Assembly: GCA_964247055.1 (NCBI GenBank)
Contig: OZ176051.1
Location: forward strand, 1,364,001 to 1,428,000
DNA: 64,000 nt
Direction of reading: 5' to 3'
Source of the DNA: Paragordius varius
Lineage: Eukaryota; Animalia; Nematomorpha
Positions 52,899 to 64,000 of this stretch are shown in pieces. Positions within the stretch are counted from its first letter, which is position 1. Each line of letters begins with the position of its first letter. The position numbers and the translations under genes were made by a program. Under the pieces are notes generated by a model. That model did no database searches. It had not been told where the DNA came from and worked only from the letters and a program-made list of their open reading frames with translations.

Positions 52899-52948
52899 AA
52901 AATATTTTCAGGATTTTTTAATAAAACAATTGCTAAATGCAACATTTA

Positions 52949-55900
52949 TTATTTACAAGGGCACGGTCTAAAAACCAAAGGTTTTTGTCTATATCGAGAA
53001 CATATGCTATCATCAATTAAATCTTTTAGCGATAGGTCTTTGACACAAAAAACTGACCGATACTGTAATGTTGGGCTGAAATATAGAGAGGATTCATTTT
53101 TCGAATGGTATAATGGAAAAGTTGTATTAGCGCCCTTTGTTGTTTCGCGACAGAAACAAGGTTGCCAGTATCCTAACCACCAAAAAGGGAGGCAAGTAAA
53201 GTTATTGCATTTTCGCGATAAAGTAGCTTTAGGTTTTGGTTGAGGACAAAGTTTATCGCTCACTTTGAGTCCAGATATGGAATTGGCACAAAAATGAGCC
53301 TTATTTTGTGTGCCACCCCATTTGTTGTTATTAGAATTTTCAAAACTACATTTTTTATTGCATGGACTCCAATCAGTTAATGCCCAGATGTATGATGCGT
53401 TGGTGAGATCCTTGGAATCTAAACTTATGTTTGGCTTTTCAGATTTGTGATAATAGGTGACAGAAATATTGATCGAAACATTTAACTGAGTAATAAGAAC
53501 ATAAACGATCAGATCTTTTTCGAGTGGACCCACGATCGAAATAAATTCTTGCTGACTATTTTCGGTTGAAGTATAGTTATAAACTACGGCTTTTACAGCA
53601 GATGAACTTTTTACCCTATGCACCCCAAACCAGGAGATTGTTAAATTGCCATTAAGGATATATTCGGCATCCTGTGCATAAGCCAGAGCTAGATAATTAG
53701 CATTCTTACTCATTTCTTGAATGGTTATTTGTGTTGCATCTTTTGGAATGGTTGCTACACTCAAATACGAGCTTGCATTGTTCTCCAAAAAACTATCCTC
53801 AACTTGACTTGTGTTGAGAAAAACATAATTTTCCACTTTTTTGCAATTTGTATTGCGTCCATCACAGATGAGACAGTTATCTTTTTGAGCTCGGCTCTCG
53901 AGTCGTCGATCGCAAGCTATCGAATGACAACGCCCTTCTATACAAACCCCATCTATATATATATAAAACAAATGAATCATTTAGGATATAAAAAATATTA
54001 ATAAGCTTAAAGAGTTTCCTATTATCCAGCTTTTGTTAAATAAAACTAGCGGAGTTCGAATAAATCGTTTATTTTATTTATGCACCGTTTATCCGATTAA
54101 AAAGATATATTTTTAACCAATATTTGTAATATATTTGCAAAATAATTTTTACTTACCGTATTCGATATCACTTTTAATTTCTAGTGGTGTGTGTTCGAAA
54201 CTAGCACCCCCCATATTACACAAAGTCCCATCTCGTAAACTGTGAGCATAGGTATCGATCATTTCTAAGCTAACATTTTTCGTAATATTTGGATGTGAAA
54301 TTAAACTTTGCGATTCATTGAGTTTTTCCTCGTTTGGCACGGATGATTGATATTCAGATTGAATATTTTTGCAGTTTAAGTGACAGGCAAGCGCGCCATA
54401 CATAATGGTTTGATAGTCAAAAATCCAAGTTGAATTGCACATTCCTTTAACTTTACATCCATACTCCTGACATTGGTAATTAGGATTGTATTCTGCTTAA
54501 ATATATTGTGATTGAATATGAATTATTTACAGTAGAAATAAAAATGGGACGGATAAAATGTAAAAATAGAAGACTTTTTTTTCAAAATACAACCATACTT
54601 TTTTAAACCTTAATTTATCCTATAAAAACATTTAATTACAATCGTAAAATAAATAAAATTGATTGTGTTACCAATTTACATCTATATACTTTGTAGTTTA
54701 AAACATAGAATTCTATTTAAAAAAATCATGATTAAAAAGTATGGTTGTCTTTTACAAATAATTATTTGCCTTATTTTCACGTTTTGTCCGTATAATTTCA
54801 ATTTTTACAGTAAAGATGTTGATTTAAAAATGTTTTGCCAGAGTTCCAATAATAATAACACTTTTGAAAATTATATGTTTTTATACATTTCATAATAGTT
54901 GAATTGAGCACCAAATAAGAAAAATATACATTATAATATATTTCTATGCCATCAGATACAAATTAATTGTTCACCCTAATAATATTATCAATATTTTGAG
55001 AATTCAGGTTATTTCCTTATGCAAAGTGCTTAGATGCGACTTAATATACGACAATTCCCCTATTCCGGCTCTAATCCGAACGAAAATTTATTACTTTTAA
55101 TATGATTAACATATTGTGCAAAGCTACTCCCGTACAAACGACATAAAAGATATCTGTTTTTTTAAAAAAATAATTTCTAGATAAAAAAACTTAACTTTTA
55201 CTAATTACTATGTTTGCATAATATTACCTTTATACTCATTTTCTTTTTTACAATCCATTATGTTGCACGTTTTATAGCGGGTTTTTCGACCAACACAAAA
55301 GGTCCCGTCGTTTGTCGGACTTTATTAATTTATAAAATATGATACAATATAACTTCAAATATACCATTTACAGTTCAAATTCACCCTTAAACAATTCAAA
55401 TTAACCCTTGAACGATACAAAATCACCCTAAAATAAATTATGAGTATTTTAAGATCAAAAATACCTATATTTATTTAAATTTTTAAAAAATGAAATTTCA
55501 TTTTAAATTAATATAATACTGAAAAATAATAAAATAAACCACAAAGATATATTTTTTATCCGACAAAACATAATTCATTTTTAGTGTGAATTTGATTTGT
55601 TAGAGGGTGAATTTGAATTGTAAATGGTATATTACAAATTCTGATCATAGAAAAAAGAGTATATTATTAAAATTGATTCTTTATTACATATTGATTTAAG
55701 ATATTTTTATCGAAATATTACTTTGTATATTAGAGGCCCATATTACAAAATTTTAATTCGGAAAATAATTGTAAAATATAAAAAATCAATGGGTAAAATA
55801 GGTAAAATCATCCTCTCTCTATATAATCAAATTAGAAAACATAAATTATAAATAAATTATCATCAGATCAAAACTATTTATCTTAATTTTCCAAAACCAT

Positions 55901-58900
55901 AAATAAATTACATGGGATTATCACATGCCCGAGTTGTTTTGGAAAGACCTATACCGCAAGATTTACTACACGGAGTCCAAGGGCCCCAATGTCCCCAATT
56001 TCCTATTTGCTGGAAAGTTTTATCATTAAGGCGTCTTACATTCTGAGTGACTGAAATACATTCCTTGTTGTAACACCATTTATTAACTCCACAATAAGTC
56101 CCATCTTCAACCATTTTCATTTTACTGATGCATTTACCATTCACTTTACACCAGAGTGTACCACTGCATATATCCTGTTTTAGTTATCAATCAAAAGTGA
56201 GAAATTTTGAGAATTTACAAATAATAAACGGTAATATTTCATATTATTTTATGTATTGAAAAATATTACTGGTCAGTTTTAACTCATAATCAAAATTATG
56301 AATCAATTACACCGTAAATTTTTTTTAGAATACTATAATATATTTTATAAAATTTTAGTGTCTTTAGAAATCTAATCTTGTAATCTATATATTTATAAAA
56401 ATGGAAAATGCTGGCTTTGTGATCTGGTACAGGAAAACCGGTGAACCCATTCAAATCCAAACATCGAAAAAATATAATCATTAATAAATGCCCCGACAAT
56501 AGCTTCGCCCTTTTTTGAAATAGGCCCCCAGTTCGGGCCCACCCCGTGTGAAAAACGGGTTTTTTTTTGAAAACAGAAGTACACAAAAATCGTGTCTTTG
56601 AGACAATTTTCCGGAGAACAGGTTGGACCATTCAATTTCAAATATGATTTTTGTTTACTTATTTTGATCGCACTGAACATAGTCGACTCACTTTTTTGAT
56701 TTAGGCCCTCTTTTTACCCGCTCCCCCTGTAAAATGCCATTTTTTCAAAAAACAAAGTCCACAAAAATAATTTTTTAAATCTATTTTTGCCCCAACAATA
56801 AATTAGTATGAATGCACCGTTTTAAGATTCCTATGAGATCATAGCTATTAAATAATTTTTCGAAATAATCCACATATGTAGATCATTTTATTGTCCCTTT
56901 TTTCAAATAACCCCCCCAGAAGTCCGAAGGACTTCCTCGGGCTGCGTAGCAGCACGAGATTTACGCTAGTCTGGTTATATATTTGTGAATATTTTTTAAT
57001 TGTGTTAAAATTAAATTTTGTACAAATAAATATATATTATTGAGTGTATCTCTAAAATAGGAGTTATCTAAACAACAAAATTTAAATTACCAGAAAATAA
57101 ATTACCACCTTTTGGGACACAAAAATCAATTATTATAATAATTATGACAATTAAATAAAAATTGAAATATGTAAGGCTTATATCTGTGGACGAACTTTGA
57201 GTCTATATAATTATAAAAATGGAAAATGCTGGCTTTGTGATCTGTTTCCGGAAAACCAGTGGACCCATTAAAATCCAAATATTGAAATAATTATTAATGA
57301 ATGCCCCGACAATAGCTTCGCCCTTTTTTGAATTAGGCCCCAGTTCACCCCGTGTAAAAAACGGGTTTTTTTGAAAACATGTCCACAAAAATCGTGTATT
57401 TGAGACAATTTTCCGGAAAACTTGTTGGACTATTCGATTTCAAATATGATTTTTTTACTTATTTTCGATTGCGCCGAACATAGTCGGCTCGCTTTTTTAA
57501 TTTAGGCACTCTTTTTACCCGCTTCCCCCGTAAAATGCCATTTCAAAAAACAAAGTCCACAAAAATAATATTTTGATTTTATGTTTCGATCAAGGTATGA
57601 GACCGTTAAAATTCAATAAAGCCATGTATTTCCTGTTTAAAGGCAAAAAATTTAGTCAACCGTTTCTTTCAGGATAGCTGTTGGGTAGGAAACTACCTGC
57701 GAAAAACTGACCCGTCAAATCGAAATAGCGTGCTTTTGGGGCTAAATTTCAGAAAACCTATCAGGCCATATGAGTTTAATAGCTGCTTAAAGTATTACCC
57801 GTAAAAAGTCAAAAATTTTAGTCAAGCGGATTTTTCGAATTAGCTGTTAAATAGGTCCTTTGCTCTCTAAAAAATGCGCTATCATTGAACTATTATTTAG
57901 TTTTGAAGCCATTTTTCCATAAACTATTAAGAATGAATCATGATTCCAGGTATAAAGGCAAAATTACTAACTACATTTTTATATTGGCCTCTTAGTATGG
58001 GGCTACCCGCCTCTAACTGCGCCATCATATCGATACAGCATGCCTTTGGCAAATTTCAGAATATGAGACTATCTGAATTATTTTGAAACTTCGTGTCGCA
58101 TAACATTGCTTATAAAATCGAAAATGCCCCCCAGAAGTCCTAAGGACTTACTCGGGCTGCGTAGCAGCACGAGATTTACGCTAGTATTCATATATATATA
58201 TATATAAATCTAATTTATATTTCTAATACGAAAATATTAATATATACTTCTATACCGGGACAGTATGTGGTATTTCGTAATCCCATGTTCAATTGGCATT
58301 GGTGATCTAGGTTGTATAGTGTTCCCAAAAAATCGGTGGCTATTTTGGCTTGCAAAACTGGATCGTACGGTTTAAAGTGTAAAATGGTAAAGTTTCGATA
58401 GATATCTTGAAATATTGAGGGTGTATCTATGGAGTCTAGGGTTACATTTTTTATGATATGACTCAAATTTTTTTCTTGTCCATCCACTGTTTTCAAATGT
58501 TGAATTAAGTGGTGGGACAAATTTTTTTCATAAGCCTCGGTGTCGATGACTGTCACGTATTCAGTAAATGGTTCAAAGTATAAAAATATTGATTCTTTTT
58601 CTATGATAGTTTTTGGTGGATGGGAGGAGGACATATTGTCGCCGTTTGCCTTTAAACAATCAGCATTTTGTTTATGAATGAAACCAGTTAACTCTTGATA
58701 ACTACAGTTTGACCATATAAGATCGGCCTCTAAACTTTGGGGTAACTGAGAATCCATAATGTATGGCATTTTTTTGGATTCATTATTTTGCTTTTTTTGA
58801 ATTCGATTAACATTATGCCTTAAACAAAATTCCATTGTATCATGTTTCATACCTAATCTAACAACAAAAATAGGTGTAAATAATTTTTTTCAAAAATATA

Positions 58901-60263
58901 ATTTCAGTTAAGACCGATAAATGCAAATAAGTTAATTTTGAATTTATTATTTTGGATGTCATATTTTACAGTAAAACTTTTGTTTTAGATTTTATGTTAT
59001 AAAGAATTAAATCAGCATTTAATATTGTAACAAATAAATCCTATGTTTAGAAATACAAAAAATACTTTATTAATGTTAATAAAATGTTTTTTACTATACA
59101 TTTATATTAAAAAGTTATATCTTAGAAAGATCATCTTTTACTATTTTAGACATGGATTCCCAGAGCGCTTACACACCTTTAAATCTGGTTATGAAATAAA
59201 ATACAACATTTTTGTCCTTTATATTTAAAGTATTTGGTATTTTCTTAAGCATCTTATTAACTTTCATTTGCTCAAAAATATTCCCCCAAATTATTTTTTT
59301 TCTATCTCAAGTTTTAATGAAGTACAAAAGGGAAATAATGTACAAATGTCCGATTTCATGAGCAATGGTGAATGCTGTGCTTAGTCCAGTATCTTCTGCA
59401 ATGACACAACTTCTGCCATTTTGACATATGGAACCGACTTCGGCCATCCCTAAAGTATTACAAGGCGTGTAATTCTGAGCGCATAAATCTAATCTAGTAC
59501 AAATGATTTAACATCTTTGAGAATGTGAAATCAACTTTTTATTTATTAAACGAACTTATTTTAAAATATTATATTTCAGTTTATTTATTCTATTTCTAAA
59601 AGTTTTAATTGCAAAAAATAATTGTATGAAGGAAAAAATACTTTGTTAGCATGATGGCCACGTGATAAGATGGAACCAACTGACTTTCATTGAATAATGT
59701 ATATTGCCAAGCACAGAAGCTTTTTAGGTAATCATCAGCATTGATTGTCATATTAACGGATTTAGGCTTAATGTTATAAAATTGTTGATTATAAAATAAT
59801 TTTAATTAAAAAAAAATTAAAAAATTTAAAAATTACGATTGTTTTCAAATGTATCATAGAGTTCCATTCTATGGTAAGAGGGAAACCGAAACTTGAACGT
59901 TTAAATATGGAGTTAACCTTAATGTATAAATAATGTTCATTTCATAAAAATATTAATGGGAATAAAAAAAGTTAACCAAAATATGAATGGATTTAGGAAG
60001 GTTGGAATTGTTTTTAAAATTTAAAAACTAAAAATTTACTTGAGTATATGTAGATATTAACTCACCGAATGCATCAAAGTATATATGTAAGCTTCAACAT
60101 CATAGTTTTTGTAATGCAAAACAAAAGATTGATCAGTAAAAACTATGGCTTTGATTATCATCGCCTCTAACATTGTGGATGTGATGTGGGACGCAGAATC
60201 TTCTGTAATAGAATTAGCGTAGATTATATAAAAACAATGCAAACTTAAAATCAGAAAATGCAT
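52949..60263 (-). CDS. ADAMTS-type secreted metalloprotease copy F, apparently intact; intron 5 carries two Helitrons
   Basis: All 9 exons have GT-AG sites and open frames; HEIGHLLGMKHD. Confidence 0.88.
55363..55628. mobile_element. TA-flanked MITE (family 1) in ADAMTS-F intron 6
   Basis: Same TIRs and site as in C and D. Confidence 0.85.
56384..56969 (+). mobile_element. Non-autonomous Helitron, insertion unique to copy F
   Basis: A|TCTATATA...CTAG|T. The flanks rejoin to TTGTAATCT(G/A)GTTATAT, as in the empty sites near 14010 and 25260. Confidence 0.92.
57202..58184 (+). mobile_element. Non-autonomous Helitron, same insertion as 14256-15237
   Basis: Identical site, the same unusual G before the 5' TC, and the same internal variant. 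Confidence 0.9.
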
Positions 60264-60604
60264 TTTTAAATACTTTTAACTTAACGTAATAAATTTTTTC
60301 TTACAATCGCATCGCACCAAATGTTATTCAGAATATGATGCATTAACTTAATACTTGCTTTAATTATTTATGAAAATATTCAATGGCTCATATTTCCATA
60401 CTTATGCCTAAATGAAAAATACTTATTTGTATCTATATTTATACATTGTTGCAAAAGATAATTGTTTATATCAAACATAATAATAACATTAATTGGAGTG
60501 TGGGAAATGCAAGTTAGTATGGTGGTGAGAAGTTGACTGTTTTATTGCAAACGCGTAACACAGTTTGATTAAATTTACACTTGTTTTGTCGCGTACAATT
60601 CGAG

Positions 60605-60873
60605 ATGGAAACAGATAATAATGAAATGGGGAATGAACAAAAAGGTCCTCCGGTCCTACCTCCCCCATATAAGGAAGAAAATGAACGTCAAGCTCCAATG
60701 TTGGAAAACAATAATGGAGCCATTATATATCCAAATACTACCCAATTAATAACGCAAAATCAAACATCGGCTGCCTTTCAGAATGGTTATTTAAAATAAA
60801 ATAATATTTTTTTGCAGGATACAACCATCATGGCATTCCTCAACCCGTTTTTTATCCGCCACATCAACCTGTG
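60605..60873 (+). CDS. PPxY membrane-protein gene copy F, exons 1-2; remaining exons not in window
   Basis: In-frame exons 1-2. Intron 2 matches copy E up to about 62110 and is then interrupted; exons 3-4 may lie beyond 64000. Confidence 0.6.
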
Positions 60874-62336
60874 GTTAGTTTTTTTATTTTTTAATAAATA
60901 ATATATAAAATTCTTTTTTATATGGTAAAAAAATTGTCCACCAATGTTATAAGGGTTATTTAAATTTATTATTTCAATTTAATTAATTAATACATTTGCA
61001 TACATTTATTATAGGTTTTTATTCTGTTTGGTTTAAATAATTTATAACATACATCTATCTTTGAAGGCTTTTGGCATTTAAGCATGGCTATTCTGACTAA
61101 TATGAAATGGTTAAGATAGCTATATGTAAAATAAAATCAATAAAAATAGACGTTTTCGTTCACTATGTTTTTTTGTTTTCTAAGGACGATATTCGCTATT
61201 GCGCAATTATTCTTTTAGCATGGGTCAAACACCAGATGTAATTATTAAAAATATTTTTTAATATTTTTATTTACAATTTTTATAAAAATATAAATGTTTG
61301 TATAAAAATTTAAATATTTTTAAAATATTTTCAGAAATATTTCCTATAATGAATGATCAGAAAAAAGATAACAGTGTGAAGAAAATGATATGAAATCACA
61401 CTTTAGCCTTCCTTATCTTTGAAATATGTATATTATTGGTTATTATTTTGTAATGTGTGATTAGAAATTAATTTTGTAAAAGCATAATTTAATTTCATTT
61501 CCAAAGTTTTACTTAAACCTACTATTTTGATCAATATTACTGATTTATAGAATATCGTGATTAGATGATGACTTTGATAAACCAAAAACACTAGAAATAT
61601 CTTTAGATACTATAGTCCATAACGTAATGATGAACTTTAGTTTAAGCAATAACCAAATATGGTTTGAAAAATTTAAAACGAGAATTATTATTGGCCATTT
61701 TGGTATTTAAATCGTCTAGAAAGAGTAATAATTTTCATGTCTCTCTGTTGAATATGGAATTTTTAATTTATAAGATAAATATTTACCTCTCTAAATATTC
61801 GTAAGAAGAAAAAAATATCGAATCATTAATTTTGCCTTTAAAGAAAAATTTTTTATGGCCTTTATTAGATTTTCTATTTGACTAGGTCACGGGAACGCGA
61901 GGTTTCGGTTTTTATTTTCGATAAAATAAAACGATATTTATTAAGTAATTTTTTAGAATATTTTAACCAATATTTTATTATATTTTTTAATTGCTAAAAT
62001 TTTACCAAGTCACCGAGATGTAATAAAAGAAAACAAAATAATACTTCTAAGCCAAATTGAGTAGCTATTAGCCATTTCTGTTATTATTCTTTATGCCAAC
62101 TTCAAAAAACTATATACCCTAATGTGGCCAGATATTTAGAACCCTGACGCAGTGCAAAATTAAAACCTACTTTGCCTATCTTTTACACCAGATTTTCGGT
62201 GTGTTATATTAAATGATATTGTTCGTTACTATTTATAAGCTCATTAGAAACAATTAAAAATATTCAAAAATTTATTAAAAATTTAATATAAATATATGTA
62301 CACTTATTTATATAAGTTAAATATATGTACATATAA

Positions 62337-63320
62337 TCTATATATTTATAAAAATGGAAAATGCTGGCTTTGTGATCTGGTACAGGAAAACCGGTAGACC
62401 CAATCAAATCCAAATATCAAAAAAATATAATCATTAATAAATGTCCCGACAATAGCTTCGCCCTTTTTTTGAAATAGGCCCCCAGTTCGGGCTTACCCCG
62501 TATGAAAAACAGGTTTTTTTGTAAACACAAGTCCACAAAAATCGTGTCTTTGAGACAATTTTCTGGAGAACGTGTTGGAACATTCAATTTCAAATATAAT
62601 TTTATTTTCGATTGCGCCGAACATAGTCGAGTCACTTTTTTAATTTAGGTCCTCTTTTTACTTGCTCCCCCCGTAAAATGCCACCTTTATCAAAAAACAA
62701 AGTACACAAAAATAATTTTTTAAATCTATTTTTCGCCCTAGGTATGAGACCGTAAAAATTCAATAAAGATTCCACGTATTCCCTATAAAAGGCAAAAATT
62801 TTAGTCAAGCGTTTCTATGATGATAGCTGCTGGGTAAGGAGCTACCCGCTAAAAACTGATTTTTCATGTAACTTTGTGATCTGTTTCCGGAAAACCGGTG
62901 AACCCAATCAAATCCAAATATCGAAAAAATATAATCATTAATGAATGCCCCGACAATAGCTTCGCCCTTTTTTGGAATTAGGTCCCCAGTTCGGGCCCAC
63001 CACGTGTGAAAAATGGGTTAAGTCAATTTTTTGGAGAGCGTGTTGGAGCATTCAATTTCAAATATGATTTTTGTTTACTTATTTTCGATTGCGCCGAACA
63101 TAGTCGAGCCACTTTTTTGATTTAGGCCCTCTTTTTACCCGCTACCCCGGTAAAATGCCATTTTTTTCAAAAAAACAAAGTCCACAAAAATAATTTTTTG
63201 ATTGTATTTTTTTGCCCAAGGTATGAGACTGTAAAAAATTGAGAAGGTTTTTTCGTATTACCTGTTAAAAGGCAAAAATTTTAGTCAAGCGTTTCTTTGA
63301 TGATAGATGCTGAGTAAGGA
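62337..63320 (+). mobile_element. Non-autonomous Helitron lacking its own 3' terminator, with tandem internal modules
   Basis: A|TCTATATATTTATAAAAATGG start and about two copies of the internal module; no hairpin-CTAG end. The right limit is approximate. Confidence 0.8.
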
Positions 63321-63382
63321 ATATCTATCATATGTATAGCATGTTAAAAGATATATGGATATTAAAACATTATTTATGGTAA

Positions 63383-63792
63383 TCTATATATTTATAAAAC
63401 TGGAAAATGCTGGCTTTGTGATCTGGTACAGGAAAACCGGTAGACCCAATCAAATCCAAATATCGAAAAAATATAATCATTAGTCCCGACAAAGCTTCGC
63501 CCTTTTTTTGAAATAGGCCCCCAGTTCGGGCTTACCCCGTATGAAAAACAGGTTTTTTTGTAAACACAAGTCCACAAAAATCGTGTCTTTGAGACAATTT
63601 TCTGGAGAACGTGTTGGAACATTCAATTTCAATTATAATTTTTGTTTACTTATTTTCGATTGCGCCGAACATAGTCGAGTCACTTTTTTGATTTAGGCCC
63701 TCTTTTTACCCGCTACCCCCGTAAAATGCCATTCCCCCCCAGAATTCCGAAGGACTTCCTCGGGCTGCGTAGCAGCACGAGATTTACGCTAG
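63383..63792 (+). mobile_element. Minimal 410-bp non-autonomous Helitron
   Basis: A|TCTATATATTTATAAAACTGG ... hairpins ... CTAG|T. Confidence 0.9.
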
Positions 63793-64000
63793 TATTATAA
63801 TAATATGTAAGGAATTTTTAAAACATCAAATCACTAAAATATAAATTTATTTTGTGTTGATTTTAAATTTGAGGTCGCTTTTGCGGAAGCCCTGAGCGAA
63901 AGGGCCATTAGCCTAAATTTGGAGTCTGATATTTATAGTTTCGTCACTGCGCGAATGGCCTTCATGAGCGACCGGTCCAAAACCCAATTTCATGAATAAT

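Larger units (their letters stand above)
1..62110. repeat. Tandem segmental-duplication array of a three-gene cassette (ADAMTS / PPxY membrane protein / orphan ORF), about six copies
   Basis: Near-identical ORFs recur in the same order and orientation. Orphan stop codons lie at 10872, 21844, 31100, 42497 and 52898 (periods 10972, 9256, 11397, 10401 bp). ADAMTS start codons lie at 5368, 17314, 27652, 36832, 48162 and 60263. Position 1 aligns to about 11960, so the array continues left of the window. Similarity between the E and F spacers ends near 62110. Confidence 0.97.

Noticed and set aside
63884-63995. Resemblance of GGAAGCCCTGAG and AACCCAATTTCA to RNase P conserved regions, and of GCGAATGGCC and CCGGTCC to HDV and twister motifs
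   Set aside because: The required partner strands (RNase P P4, HDV P3/L3, twister pseudoknots) are absent, and the segment is too short for RNase P.

Overview
Very AT-rich animal genomic DNA with spliceosomal introns, some only 26-32 nt. Almost the whole window is a head-to-tail tandem array of a roughly 9-12 kb cassette, labelled A-F from left to right. The array runs off the left edge, and its right end is obscured by Helitrons. Each cassette holds three genes. (1) A 9-exon minus-strand ADAMTS-type metalloprotease of 952 aa in copy D: signal peptide, HExGHxxGxxHD reprolysin domain, disintegrin-like, TSP1, Cys-rich, spacer and two more TSP1 domains. It has no prodomain and carries a roughly 100-aa insertion after the catalytic domain. 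(2) A plus-strand PPxY-containing small membrane-protein gene, head-to-head about 340 bp away and complete only in copy E. (3) A plus-strand orphan ORF of 183-184 codons, tail-to-tail with the protease about 50 bp away. Protease copies D, E and F look intact, while A, B and C carry lesions. Mobile DNA includes one RTE-type LINE insertion inherited in two copies, with a 13-bp TSD and an inverted 5' piece containing a truncated HDV-like ribozyme core. There are also six non-autonomous Helitron copies, a TA-flanked MITE family at two sites, and a second MITE with a Helitron nested inside it. All gene models were assembled by eye from splice sites and reading phase; no database searches were possible.
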